From: Octopus vulgaris
Lineage: Eukaryota
Assembly (NCBI GenBank): GCA_951406725.2
Contig: OX597838.1
Span: forward strand, 41,602,001-41,666,000
Reading direction: 5' to 3'
DNA length: 64,000 nt
Part shown: positions 26,301 through 39,135 of the stretch, one piece after another
How the letters are laid out: each line of letters begins with the position of its first letter
Numbering within the stretch: the stretch's first letter is position 1
Notes under the pieces: model-generated
Databases searched by the model: none
Told to the model about the DNA's origin: nothing
What the model saw: the letters and a program-made list of their open reading frames with translations, nothing else
Made by a program: the position numbers and the translations under genes

Positions 26301-28609
26301 ATATATATGGGGGGGGGGTCTTTTTACCCACCACCCTACTGCTTAACACCTGGTGTTGATTTCTTTACATTCCTGTAATCTTGCTGTTCAGTGAAACAGA
26401 GGCAAAGCCGACTGATAGAATAAGTAAGAGGCTTTTAAAAAAATGCACTGGGGTTGATACATTCAACTAAAATTTTTCAAGGCAGGGCTCCAGCATGGGC
26501 GTTGTCTAATAACTGAAAAAGATACAAAGATATATCTACCTACCTACATACATACATACATACATACATCATCATCATTTAATGTCTGTTGTCCATGCTG
26601 GCATGGGTTGGATGGTTTGATCAAGGCTGGTAAGCTGAGGGGCTGCACCAGACTCCAGTCTGATTTGACATGGTTTCTATGGCTGAATGCCCTTCCTAAT
26701 GCCAACCACTCTGAGAGTGTAATGGGTGCTTTTACATGTCGTCAACATGGGTGCCAGTTGGGTGACACCGGTATCTGCCACACCTACGATTTCACTTGGT
26801 TTGATGGGTCTTCCTTCTCAAGCACAGCGTATTGCCAAAGGTCTCAGTCAGTTGTTATTGCCTCTCTGAGGCCAAGCACCTAAAAGGTACTTTCAGCATG
26901 CCACCGGCATGGAAGCTGGTTACACAACACTGACATCAGCCACATTGCCTCTATGAGGGCATGGATGCCAGTTATATGACACCGATATATATATATGTGT
27001 GTGAGTGTGTGTATATATATAAACCATCATGATCACTATCATTTAATATCCACTTTCCATGCTGGTATGGGTTGGACGGTTTGACAGGATTCAGCAAACC
27101 ACAGGGCCATGTTGGGTTTCAATGTCAGATTCAGCATGGTTTCTACAACTGGATGCCTTTCCAAATGCCAACCAATTTACAGAGCATATTGGGTGCTATT
27201 TTTGTGTGACTTGCACTTGTGAGGTTGCCAGGTGCTTTGCAAAATAAAAAAAAGAACAGGAAAAAGAAAATGAAAAAAAGGCCTCAACTATTAAATTGAG
27301 AATGTTTGAAGAGTGAAAGTGGAGGTGGAGGGCTTCATGCTGAATATTGAAAAGGTAAATTAGGATAGAGGGGACAGGTACATGTGTCCTACTGTAAAGG
27401 GAGATACATGGATAACACCTGTAATATACAGGTGTGGGTTGAGAAGGAGACAAAAGGAAGGTGACTGGTGGAGTGCCAGAGCAAACGATTAAGGTAACAA
27501 AGGTGAGCATGAGAGAGGAAATGAGCTGTGGGTGATGGGAAGAGAAGAGAGGGTAGATGTTGAGATGGAGAGTAAGGGGCAAAAGATGGAGATGAATGTA
27601 GGAATGTGATGAAGGATGGAGAAGTGTGGAGGTGCAGGAGAAAGAAAATATTAGTGGTGAGAGGTGAGAGATGTAGAAATGACTGAGGAAGGAGAATAAA
27701 CCAGAAAGCAGTGTGGGATGATAGGCAAAGTTTAGGAGCAGTGAAGAGGGAGAAATAGGAGTATGAAAGGGAGCTGGAGTATGTAGGGCATGGTGTTGTG
27801 TAACCAGCTCCCATACCAGTGGCATGTTGAAAGTACCTTTTAGGTGCTTGGCCTCAGAGAGGCAATAACAACTGACTGAGACCTTTGGCAATATGCTGTG
27901 CTTGAGAAGGAAGACCCATCAAACCAAGTGAAATCGTAGTTGTGGCAGATACCGGAGTCACCCAACTGGCACCCGTGTTGACGACATGTAAAAGCACCCA
28001 TTACACTCTCAGAGTGGTTGGCATTAGGAAGGGCATCCAGCTGTAGATACAATGCCAAATCAGACTGGAGTCTGGTGCAGCCTTCCAACTTGCCAGCCCT
28101 GGCCAGATTGCGATTCAGTGGTGCTATAGTCGTGTGGGGTCGTTTGAACTCTCTGTACGCTAGGAAGGTTAGAGCTGAAGTGGATGACAATATATTTCAC
28201 TTGAGAAGGTAGCATCTGGTTAATGTCTGTTACCATCTTCCATTGTCTCATCGTGAGAAGTAAGTTTTATTTGCCTGTCGTGGTAATGAAATGAGAATGA
28301 GATGTAAGGGGACAATGTTTTTGAGATTCCGGTTCGAACGTAAGGCAGGTCTGACAGGGTTCCCGACACTTATTAGTAGCAGTGGTAGAGTGTTTATGAC
28401 GAATATTTATGTATGCATGTATATATGTGAGGTGATAGTTTCACTATAATAGTGAAAGTTTAAATACTGAAAGTATTATCTCACATTGCAATAGAGATAT
28501 TATTGTTTCACTTTTGACACGTAATACTGAAATAGTGTAAGAGATTGCTGTGGGCTCGCATTAGGCGAGAAGTTGAACATTGTTTTGACCCATGACGTTC
28601 CACCGACCT

Positions 28610-28715
28610 TAAGTAAGGCATGTGTAAAATTTGAATGAAATCGGTTGGGTAGTTCTCAAGTTTTAGGGATTCACAGACAGACAGACACACATTCTTATCT
28701 TTATATATATATATA
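28610..28715 (+). mobile_element. Helentron/DINE-like non-autonomous element end
   Basis: catgtgtaaaatttgaatgaaatcggttg...(acag)n...ctttatatat, typical architecture. Confidence 0.45.
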
Positions 28716-28742
28716 CACACGTACATACACACATACATACAT

Positions 28743-29600
28743 AACTTTGATAGGTTTCGGTCAGAATAGGCCCAGGCCATGTCTAACTTAATAGCACCCC
28801 CTGGTGAAGTCTATTAGTCACATATGGGGGCACCATGGCCCACTCTAGCAAAGAGGTATTATTGTTGGAGACATATCCGGGTGTAGGAGGTTGGTCTGGG
28901 ATTTTCTGAAGAAATTTGCCCAATGAACATTTAAATTTTATGGGATCCGTTTCCGTTTTGACGTATTTTGGTATTAAAGAGAGCTGGACCGGTTGAGGTA
29001 AAGTAATTGTGACGTAATGTTGCTACATGTTCTGAGTTCGATTTTTGTGCTGAGCGGATAGCACGGGGGCCAAGTCTTGGATGGATTTTAAAATTGATGC
29101 CAACATCATTTGTGCAATATTGATGGAATATTTTCCACGTCACACAAATGATGTCACGCTCCAGGCGGCGTTGAAGAGAGCAGAGATTGAGTATTTTTAG
29201 CTGACCCCCAATAGCCAATGCCTCTCATGCCATCTGTCTTTCTTGTCATTGACTTCTGGAGTGCCTCCACTTTCATAATGAGTTGCTTCGCATGGGGGGA
29301 CCACAGTGGGCAATAGTACTCAAGGTGGGGTCCGGCAAAAGTAGAGGAGAGAATCATGATGGTGTAGGCATCTCTAGACCGGAAAGTTCTCAGAATCCAG
29401 GAGCACATATTAGGGGCCAAGTCAACCTTGCTGTTTACGTGGGAACTCCAGCTTAGACTGTTATCAACAATTAATCCAAAGTCTCTGGTGTTGTTTGATG
29501 ACATTAGGGAGTTGCCCGACGGAAGAGCATATGGTAATTTCAGAGAATCCTCTTTTCCGAAGTGGGATCAAATCAAACTCATCTTCCTTTAAAAGCATAT
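28743..29600 (-). mobile_element. CR1-like LINE 3' fragment, frameshifted
   Basis: [52 protein letters not shown]; shared tail. Confidence 0.88.
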
Positions 29601-29942
29601 TGTTTTTTTTTCCGCCCATTGGACAATAGCAAACAGATCCAACAGGCTTCTTTCAGTTTCCATCTACCAAATCCACTCTCAAGGCTTTGGTTGACCCAAG
29701 GCTATAGGAGAAGACAGTTGTCTAAGGTCCACACAGTATGTGTGTGTGTTCATATGCAACATGCATGCCTTGTACATTAGGATGTAGTTTTTCTTTTCCT
29801 ATCTCTTTCTTTCTGTTTTTGCAGATATTTATATGTAAATAACATCAAATGCATGACTTATTTGATTTCCAAAAAACAACAACACGAGGACATGGGACAT
29901 GCAAAGTGTTAATTAGACGCTCAGAGAAGGAAAGAAAGGTGG

Positions 29943-29975
29943 TTTTACGTTTCAAGCAAAGCTCTTCTTCAGAAA
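29943..29975 (-). ncRNA. Minimal type-I hammerhead motif in a short repeat (29870-30055; family shared with 58400-58610)
   Basis: ttt-CTGAAGA-a-gagc-ttt-gctt-GAAA-cg-TA-aaa. Confidence 0.65.
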
Positions 29976-30088
29976 GAAGAGACAGGGGAAAGTCCAAGAG
30001 AAAACGAAGACGGAGGGGAAAATATCACCAACAGTCCACATGTGGTTACATTTGGGAATAATATATATATATATATATATATTTAGTC

Positions 30089-30146
<58 letters not shown>

Positions 30147-30474
30147 TTTACGATAACATGGTGGACCAGGTCAGTTTAAGCTACCCTACTACTATAATGT
30201 AAACTTTGTTGAATTTATAATATTCTGTGTGTGATATATATATATACAGATACAATACCAAAATTTCACTGAACTTTTTAATAATTCCTTCTGGAAACTA
30301 TCTTTAACATTTTCTTGAGAATGTATATATATGTTGGAATCTTTAGTGCCCAATATTTTAATGAACTTTTTAAACATTTTTATGTCCTTAACATGTCCTT
30401 GTTACCAAAGAATGTATATATGTATTGTAGTATTTTGTGACAACCAATAATTAACACAACCAAACTTTTACACG

Positions 30475-30519
30475 TTACTTTTGACAATCTTTTTCTCAAA
30501 AGTGAAACCGGTAAAGTAA
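30475..30519 (+). ncRNA. Degenerate hammerhead motif
   Basis: ttactt-TTGACAA-tctttt..aaaagt-GAAA-ccgg-TA-aagtaa; 6-bp stem I, palindromic stem III, decayed core. Confidence 0.45.
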
Positions 30520-30967
30520 ATAAACATCTTTTAAAATTGCATTTTCAAACCTTCTTTCATATATAATTCCACCCGTGCAGTACCTTACAACTCCACTTTG
30601 TTATATATATATCTTTATATAATGGTCTTTTCTAGAATTTCCATTTATTAAATTCCATTCCAAAGATATTAGAAACCAAGACTGTGAGAGAAAGTGCTTC
30701 CACAAGATGTTGCATGCTTGTTAAGCAAACTTCACAACCACAGAGTCTGTAGTGAATTCTTTCATTTTTTAAAAATTTTACTAAGCTGGCGTTTCACTCA
30801 GAATTCCAAATTTCCTGCTTTCTCTGATCCTGGGACTGAAATCAATTTCATTGCATTTCAAAAGAATTCAAATGTGGCAGTCATTGAACAGAAGAGATTC
30901 TGTAGCAGGGATTATATTTGTGACTGAGATAACATTTGGTGGTATAAAGTTGAAAATAGTGTGGAAA

Positions 30968-31192
30968 AGGCGCCTAGCTTGGCAGAAACATTAGCACGCC
31001 GGGTGAAATGCTTAGTGGTATTTCGTCTGCCACTACGTTCTGAGTTCAAATTCCGCCGAGGTCGACTTTGCCTTTCATCTTTTCGAGGTCGATTAAATAA
31101 GTACCAGTTACGCACTGGGGTCGATATAATTGACTTAATCCGTTTGTCTGTCCTTTCTGTGCTTAGCTCCTTGTGGGTAGTAAAGAAATAGG
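30968..31192 (+). mobile_element. tRNA-derived SINE
   Basis: A box tggcagaaac and B box gagttcaaattcc; same family as 46965-47185. Confidence 0.75.
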
Positions 31193-32592
31193 TATAGTGT
31201 TGAAAACTCAATACTATGTAAATATTGTAGATAGAAGGGGTGGCAGGTGGTGGGGTGAGGAGTGAATCAATAGAATCGATTTGTATATAATCGATACAGG
31301 TGTGGCTGTTTGCTTAAGAAATGTGTTTCCTAACCATTGCTTCACAACGGTGTTGGTTCGTTTACTTCCCAGTAACTTTGTGGTTTGACCTGACAAGTGA
31401 TAGAATAAAAACCAAACATAAACACTGGGTCTGATTTGTTTGGCTTCACTCTTCACGGTGATGCTCCAGCATGACTGCAGTCCAGTGACTAAAACAAGTC
31501 AAAGATAAAACCAGATCATGTCATGAGATCAGACAGTTTTTTTTTTTTTGTTCTTGCAATAAGACTGGCAACAGAAGCAAACCCTTCGACCACAGCAGCC
31601 CCTTCCAGTCTCGTGCGGAAGGGGTGAGGTTGGCTTTATTCTCCTGTCTTCCTTCTGGGAATATTAACACAGATTTGCTGGGTATTGATTCTTGTTGCAC
31701 TGACGGTACAGCACCGCTGTTTAGTGCATCTGCAAGAACGGTCAATAGGTTATGCTACTTGGCATACACCGCAAGGCACAAGCCACAGGCTGCCAGAATA
31801 GGCTCCAACAATGTATAGCCTCAACACTGATAACAATGAAATGGTGTTACTTCAGCCCCACAGTCTAATATGTGTGTGTGTGTGTACATTGTTTGATATT
31901 GAATCAGTGAGAGACGAGTGCTCAATACAAGCTGTAGAGGATGTGGGATTTTGTTGAAACTGAGAATTTGTTTTGTGAATTGAGTTTTATGCCATTGTCA
32001 TCTTCAGGCCAAATTGTTACAACTCAGTATTGGTGGTGTAGACACAGATATTAATCAATATGGCTTATTTATACATTTATATAAGTAAAGGAATAAGTTT
32101 CAACACAGTGTCTGTCTACTAAATAGTTATTGACCAGCCTGGTCAAAATAGTTATTGACACATACCCAAGATGCCCTGCAGGCGGGGGACTGAACCTGAG
32201 ACCCCGTGGTTACAAAGCAAACTTTTTAACATGCACAGCTAAGCTTATATATATATATATATATGTTGATTTTTAAATACAAACCGTGACTCTGCAATAC
32301 TATATATAAATTCCCTACTGGGAATGACCAAGTTTAAAATATCTGCAGGATCTCACTCATAAAGGAGTCTTACATTGCTTATAAACTCTATATTTGGAAG
32401 GATTCATATTAAACTCTGTTGGACTTTTGAATTTTACAATATTGGAATATTGCATATATACCATTATGCCTATAAAACGGATTTACAACTTCAATACCCA
32501 TCCATATCTTACATCTATTTTTTTTCCTCCAACTCACTCTCTATTTTGTACCACATCAAAACTAACTATAACTTAATTTTTCCTCTCACACC

Positions 32593-32644
32593 GTCTCCGA
32601 TGAAGGGATATTATTAATTAATATCCTAGAAACAGCTGTAAGAC
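32593..32644 (+). ncRNA. Type-I hammerhead motif (U4C variant)
   Basis: gtct-CCGATGA-ag-ggatatt/aatatcc-ta-GAAA-cagctg-TA-agac; stem I gtct/agac, palindromic stem III. Confidence 0.6.
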
Positions 32645-33053
32645 CTTCTATCTATAATTGTTCTAATATTTATACAGCCTTGGCTTTTTATCTTATTATG
32701 CAAAAAATTCTTATATACGCAGCGGACTCGCGGTCGCAGGATCGCGGTTTCGATTCTCAGACCGGGCGTTGTGTGTGTTTATTGAGCGAAAACACCTAAA
32801 AGCTCTACGAGGCTCCGGCAGGGGGTGGTGATCCCTGCTGTACTCTTTCACCACAATGGCGGTGCCCCAGCATGGCCACAGCTCAAGAGCTGAAACTGGA
32901 AAACATAAACATAAACATAAACACATGCTGACATAGAACCAACATTGAACCCTTTATTCGCAATATCACTGAATCTGGAACTTAACTATGGTCTGTCTAT
33001 AACACTTATTCAGCATTACCTGACACCTTTGGGTCTCAATGACACCATTATCT

Positions 33054-33097
<44 letters not shown>

Positions 33098-33329
33098 GTT
33101 GCATGCATGCATACATTATATATAGTAAAATATAAAAGGAAGTGGTCAGAAAACAGTAAATGTGGCATGTTCCATTTATTGTGTTAGCACTAACCCACCT
33201 ATGTGTATGAATATATTTCCCAATGTATATATATGTGTGTGTGTGTGTACGTCTGTAACAGGCATATCCCTGATGATACACTGCTATTTAATTTCTGCAT
33301 CAAATGCAACCTCTTGGTAACTGAATAGT

Positions 33330-33780
33330 CATAAGTTATTTGTTCTTATGCCTTCCCTTCATTTAGACATGAGCTCAGGCCTTTTTTCTAATATTTCAAG
33401 TGTTTCCTTCAGCATAATTTCCTGCTAAACACAGCAAACATCTTCTGGAGTCGCTTATATATGAAGCTGTGGTTTGAACATATGACCAAACTGTTTTGAT
33501 GATTGTATTTTGTTCTTTCTTTAGATTCAGGAGTATTGGGACAGTGAGTTTTGTATATCTAAAGGAGTAGATTAGTTGAGTATACCTACTTTTGAATGTA
33601 TCTACAGTTAGACAGATATAGTAGTTTCTCTGCATTAACTGACAAAGATACCCTGATGCAATATACAAGTACCTTCATTATACATTTACCCCAGATTGCA
33701 ACAATATAAAGGTTTCTGAAAATTTCTCCCTCTCTATAACAAGAACTAATAGAGCAAGACCACAAAAGCACTAACAACCA
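33330..33780 (-). mobile_element. Penelope-like element GIY-YIG endonuclease relic
   Basis: YICLTVDTFKSRY...SF...LK...VW...Y...RCLLCL..., then KRPELMSK. This resembles the PLE pattern YIGxT..FKxR...CxLCxxEK...LNKRxEL; degenerate. Confidence 0.65.
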
Positions 33781-36028
33781 AATTCTTTACCACAATTCAA
33801 TTGTAAATGGAAAAATTAAGTAAAAAAAAGCAATACTTCTTATCAGAGGTTCATCTTTCATAAGAAATATCAAACATTCCTTAAACATTATCACTCAAAA
33901 GAATTATGTATTTCTTTCACTAGAATTCTTCTTCTTAAAGGAGCAGGCATGCTGTGTGTTCAAGAAGTTCACATCCCAACTATAAGCTTTCAGGTTCAAT
34001 CCTGCTACACAGCCATGGGTAAGTGTCTTTTACAAAAGTTCCAGGCCAACAAAAACCTTGTGAGCAGATTTTGTAGGTAGAAACTGAGGGAAGCCCATTG
34101 TGTATATGTCATCAACATGATTTTAATGTCCACTTTTGCATGCTTGCATGGGTCAGATGGATTTTGTCGAGGCAGATTTTCAACAGTTACATCCTTTTCC
34201 TACCTGACACTAACCCTCGCTTGTTTCCAAGCAAAGTAATATTTCCCCGTGACTAAACATGTTTTTGCAGAAAATTAAAAATACATGACACTGCATGTAT
34301 GACAGTGATGCTTGTTTACGACCATCAAATGTCAAGACAAAGATAAACACAATGCATATACATACATATATACAACTAACCTGCACTGGTTTTTTGCCTG
34401 TGAAATTCTAGAAATAGATTGGCCTGGGGTTGTAATGGAAGGCACTGTGCTGCATGACAGGATTGAACCTAAAACCATTTGGTTACAAAGTGAACTTCTT
34501 AATCAGACATCCATACCTGTATGTATGTATGTGTGTATGTATGTGTGGGTGTGTGTGTATGTATGTATGTATGTATGCATGCATATTCACCCTGCCCCTT
34601 CTACCTTACTACACCATTGTGATATATGGTGAGTCTTTGGTATTTTTTAAGTATGGTAGACCTCATTCCAAGTTGGTTCTGAAGACAGCCAATTTCTTAG
34701 AGAGAAAGAGAAAGTGGGAGAGAGAGAGAGACAGACAGACAGACAGAGACGAAATGAAAGAGAAGAATAGACTCCTGTACTTTATCCATTGACTCCCCAA
34801 AAAGATGAAAGGCAAGATATCCCTTGGCAGTATTGAAATTTAGAGGAGAGAAAATGAGAAAGAGTACATTGCATTTTTATGCGCAGGTATTTTATCCAAT
34901 TCTGAATAAGATACCTGAGATGAATGTTCCTGGTTCTTGAAACATAGAATCAGAGAAGAGAAATGATCAATTGGTCTCATTAATTTCCTGCAGTAAATTA
35001 CAAGACAAGAGAGAAAAAAATTATAAAGAAACTTTTTTAATTGAGAAGGTTATTTAAATAGATTGTGTGGTTAATGTAGTAGGAAAGGTCAAGAGATCAA
35101 ACTCTGCTTCAGTCAGTGAATTGTATCACAAAGCTAGGCATATAACTCAGCTTTGTCTGTCTTGCTGACAAACAGCTCCCATTGCCCACTGGTACCTCAC
35201 AGGCAAGTAATAGGACACAGGTGAGTACTAGGACACAGGTGAGTAAGTAGGATATGAAAATAAATAGAATAACAACAAAAGACAAATGTTTCAACAGTTT
35301 GGGGATGTTTCCGCATGCCATGGCACAAACACACAAGCATCACACACATTAGAAATACTACATACATATATGCATATGACACACACACACACACACAAGT
35401 GATACATCACACCACATCTACATGTAGATTCTTGCAAAAAAGATTAATTTTACTCCTTCTCCTCCTACATATTAATAATTAGTTTTGCCTGGATACAATG
35501 ATAAATCTTTATAACGAAGGAGTCTGATTGGACCAGATCCTATGTATCTATCAATGGTTCTTATTTGATCTGAATGGAGCTGAATACAAAACCCAGGCCA
35601 GGATGAAAGGATTACTGTAAGATAATCATAATTTAGGCCTTGGTACATATCGTAAACCTTAAAACAATGATGCAATAAAAATACTTTTTCAAATTTTGTG
35701 GGTTTTTTTTTTACCTTGTTAAAATACATAAACATGTGAAACTTTAAAATTGTCTAGTTTCTGTGGCGAATTCTGAAAATTTTCAGAAACAAAACGAAAC
35801 CCCTTTTCTTTGAACGAGAGGAAATCAAAATCCGACCTCCTGAAAACAGTTATTTCCCCTGAATTATTCATCGCTAAGTCTGGAGTGGTTGGCATCTGTT
35901 GCTAGAATGGATTTTGGTGCAGATTCTGGTGCTTAATTGTTTTAGAGGCAATACAAACACAAAATGGATAAACTTGCTTCATCAAAAAACCAACTCCAAA
36001 GTTTTGTTTTATGTTTCTGTTTTGATTC

Positions 36029-37159
36029 TCAGTGAATTACGACGATGTTAGGCATCCCAAATAGTTGGTAATTTAGTGATTTGGCAATCTGAGCAAAGCC
36101 TTCACTTTCTAGGTGATGGTTGACAAGATATGGTGGAAAGATAACTCCACGACGATGCACATTAGCGTCAACTAACAGACAAGAGGACCCCACACCATCC
36201 AAACTGACCACTTTACCCTCATGTTTTAATTCAGGTAAATATTGTCGTAAAGACTTGTTCATGTAGCCCTCCAGCATTAAATATCCAGGCTCTTTTGAAT
36301 TCAAATATTCTTTTGATTCTTTGGTTTCTCGCCAGGAATTTCGGTCATAAATATCGAGAATGTTTGGTGCCTTTCGGTACATGCATGAAGGCACCACAAT
36401 CGGGACATGAGCAGAGAGCAAAGTTTGGATAAGATCGTGTGGCACTTCCCGAAGATCGCTGTCAAGCCAGAGGACGTATTTTTCATCGCGCAAAGCACTC
36501 ATCAAAAGGAAGTTTCGAACTTGTGCCAACCTCCTGCGACGATTCAACTGGATTGTCTCGTTATGTTTGTCCGAATGTCTCGCCAACATAAGGGTTGCAT
36601 CATCTGGAATGTCTAAATGGTAAACTTCGATGGAACGAAATTTATGGGAAATCTTCGACACTTGCCGTTGAGCAAGTTTAGGGGAGGGAACTCCGTATTT
36701 GTCGATGCCGATTGCGATCCTGAGACGGCAATGGGGATAAGACAAGGAGTTGAGAATATTGAAATATTGATTGAAAAAACTGGCGAAATTATCAAATGGG
36801 GTGAGTATGAGGATTGATGGGAGGACGTAGCGGCAATCATTCTCAGTTTCAGAAGCTGTTGTTGTGTATTGTATTTTGTCTCTGTTGGGTTGTGAAGTTA
36901 CCTGTTGTGTAATTGTCCGACAGGTTTGGTTGAGAAGACGGAATGAATGGTGGCGGTAGGCCTTAGCTTCTCTCATGTGCAAGTGGTACAGACAAATGTC
37001 TAACTTGAGTCGGGCATCAGTACGAAAGATGTCAGCAGTTATGAGATAAGTAAGACTGGATGTAAGCACCACTATACAAAGCACCAAAAGATGCCAGGGT
37101 TTTTGGTAAAATATTTTCGGTAGATTCATGATTCTAGCAGAAGTCTTTGGAGAAATCAT
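36029..37159 (-). CDS. Anp1/Mnn9/Van1-family (GT62) glycosyltransferase, type II membrane protein, 376 aa, single coding exon
   Basis: N-terminal TM segment (WHLLVLCIVVLTSSLTYLI); RRRRLAQVRNFLL; DxD motif VLWLDSD; YDRNSW; LDGVGSSCLLVDANVHRRGVIFP; ESEGFAQIAKSLNYQLFGMPNIVVIH. These match the Anp1-family signature blocks. Confidence 0.88.
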   Translation of the reverse strand: MISPKTSARIMNLPKIFYQKPWHLLVLCIVVLTSSLTYLITADIFRTDARLKLDICLYHLHMREAKAYRHHSFRLLNQTCRTITQQVTSQPNRDKIQYTTTASETENDCRYVLPSILILTPFDNFASFFNQYFNILNSLSYPHCRLRIAIGIDKYGVPSPKLAQRQVSKISHKFRSIEVYHLDIPDDATLMLARHSDKHNETIQLNRRRRLAQVRNFLLMSALRDEKYVLWLDSDLREVPHDLIQTLLSAHVPIVVPSCMYRKAPNILDIYDRNSWRETKESKEYLNSKEPGYLMLEGYMNKSLRQYLPELKHEGKVVSLDGVGSSCLLVDANVHRRGVIFPPYLVNHHLESEGFAQIAKSLNYQLFGMPNIVVIH

Positions 37160-37267
37160 TGAAATGGCTTCAGCTCTCTATTTCATGGTAGAGTTATATT
37201 TCGGTTCCTTCTTTCTCACCATCAAATTTCTGTACAAGGTTCAATGGAAAAATTCAAAAGTTGTCAT

Positions 37268-37300
37268 GCTAGATAAACAAAAAAAAAAGAGAAAAAGGAA
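37268..37300 (-). promoter_or_regulatory. Probable 3' splice acceptor of a 5'-UTR intron of the GT62 gene
   Basis: Minus strand reads ttcctttttctcttttttttttgtttatctAG|catgac, about 110 nt upstream of the ATG. Confidence 0.55.
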
Positions 37301-37537
37301 ATTAAAGAATACCAATGAATTGTTTCAAACTTTGGTATAGGCCAGAAATTTTAGGGTCAGGGGACAGTCAATTACATCGACCCCAGTCAGAAGAAATGCT
37401 CCAACAAGTTAACAATTCTGCTAGTTGCCATCTTATAATAAAAATAACACTAGAGTTACTACATGATAATCTATAATAGAAATTATTAATTAATATCAAT
37501 AATGACACATATTAATTATAACACTCATATTAATTAT

Positions 37538-37902
37538 AACGAGAGCACTCAGAGAGTGCAAACCTCCACCAATGCAACATCAACATCCTCTCAACGATTA
37601 GCCGGAGAGGATTTTTAAAATGAGAATATCTGAAATAAACTTGACTACTCTCACAAACGAGAATACTAAAAATGAACCCAACTGCTCTCAAAAACTAAGT
37701 AAAAAACCAGGAAAAACTAATCCAGGATAGCTGTCCGGTACCGGATCGATCCCAAAACCTAATCAGTTCATGCCAGTCACAAGGCCAAAAATCCCTGAAA
37801 GTTTCATTCGAATCCATCGAATGGTTCTTGCGACACCTTGACCCCGGACCAACAGACATGACTGAAAACAATACCTTTGCCTTCGCCAAGGCAGAGGTAA
37901 TA
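37538..37902. mobile_element. Non-autonomous DNA element with subterminal inverted motifs
   Basis: acctccacc near the left end and gccttcgccaaggcagaggtaa hairpin at the right; internal tccggtaccgga palindrome. Confidence 0.5.
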
Positions 37903-39085
37903 ATAGATGACACAGCAACTCTATAAATAATACAGAGAATAAGAATGGTGGAGAGGAAAAAAAGAGAGAAAAACCACAATATTTAATCTAATATTTTTAC
38001 ATCCTGACTTCAACAGTTGCCAAACTAAAGTTAGTCTTTAATTATCATGTGGTTTATAAATATCAGACATTTGTCAATGCAAAACTTGCAAATATATTAC
38101 TCTACCCAAACAAACAAAGTCTTTCTACATTATGCTTGCATACAAACTTTATTAAGCCACTTCAAGCCAAATAGGGAACCTCTACACGGCTAATTAACCT
38201 GCTAGAGATAGCAGCCAAATTTCCTTCATTAAATCAAAGATGATGATAATAATTATGATGATGAGGAGGATACACCACCCTGGAAGATTTGGAAGTGGTG
38301 AGAATGAATTTCAGATGTTGGGCCTCACTGAAGAGATGACAAGGAACAAAGATTTCTGGCAATTTGCTGTGCTTGAGAATACATACATGTATGGACAAGG
38401 TAAAGAATATGCACACCCAGTGTTTAGGGTAGGGTTAGGATTACACCGAAAACAGGAGGTGTGCATATTCTTTACCTCCACCCATTTGTGGATATATGTA
38501 TCTACTATGAATATATTTATATTCATATTATTATTAATATTTATAATCATATGTTGTTGTTTTTTAATATGATAATGAAACATGTAGGACACACAATTAA
38601 AATAGCACCACATGTGCAAATCTTTGATTTAATAAATACTTACTCTGCAAATATTATAACTGACCTGGAAACTCTACTTATAAGTATGAATTTCTTATTT
38701 GAAATAAAACATCTCCGTGCACACATTGGATTACTGGATTATGAAGATATCCTTCACAAGGACACAGTTTGGATATAATCCCTTCTATGTGCTGTACAAA
38801 TATAAATACATAGCCATATATATATATATATATACACCTATGCCAATATAGAACATGGGCATTCAATGATGATGATGGTACACACTATGCACACACATAC
38901 ACACATCTATCTATCTATGTATATATATAATTATTGAAATGGGTAAATTAATTATCTTGTTACGGATTATTCAAATGATAACCGATACCTGGGTAGCAAA
39001 AATCACAACAGAAAAAACACGGTTGAGGTTACGACCATGGGGTCTCAAACCCGTGCCTTAGTGCGGAAATTTGAACTTCCTACAC

Positions 39086-39135
<50 letters not shown>

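Noticed and set aside
31521-31818. Unique-looking GC-balanced ORFs on both strands
   Set aside because: No recognisable domain and no convincing splice partners.
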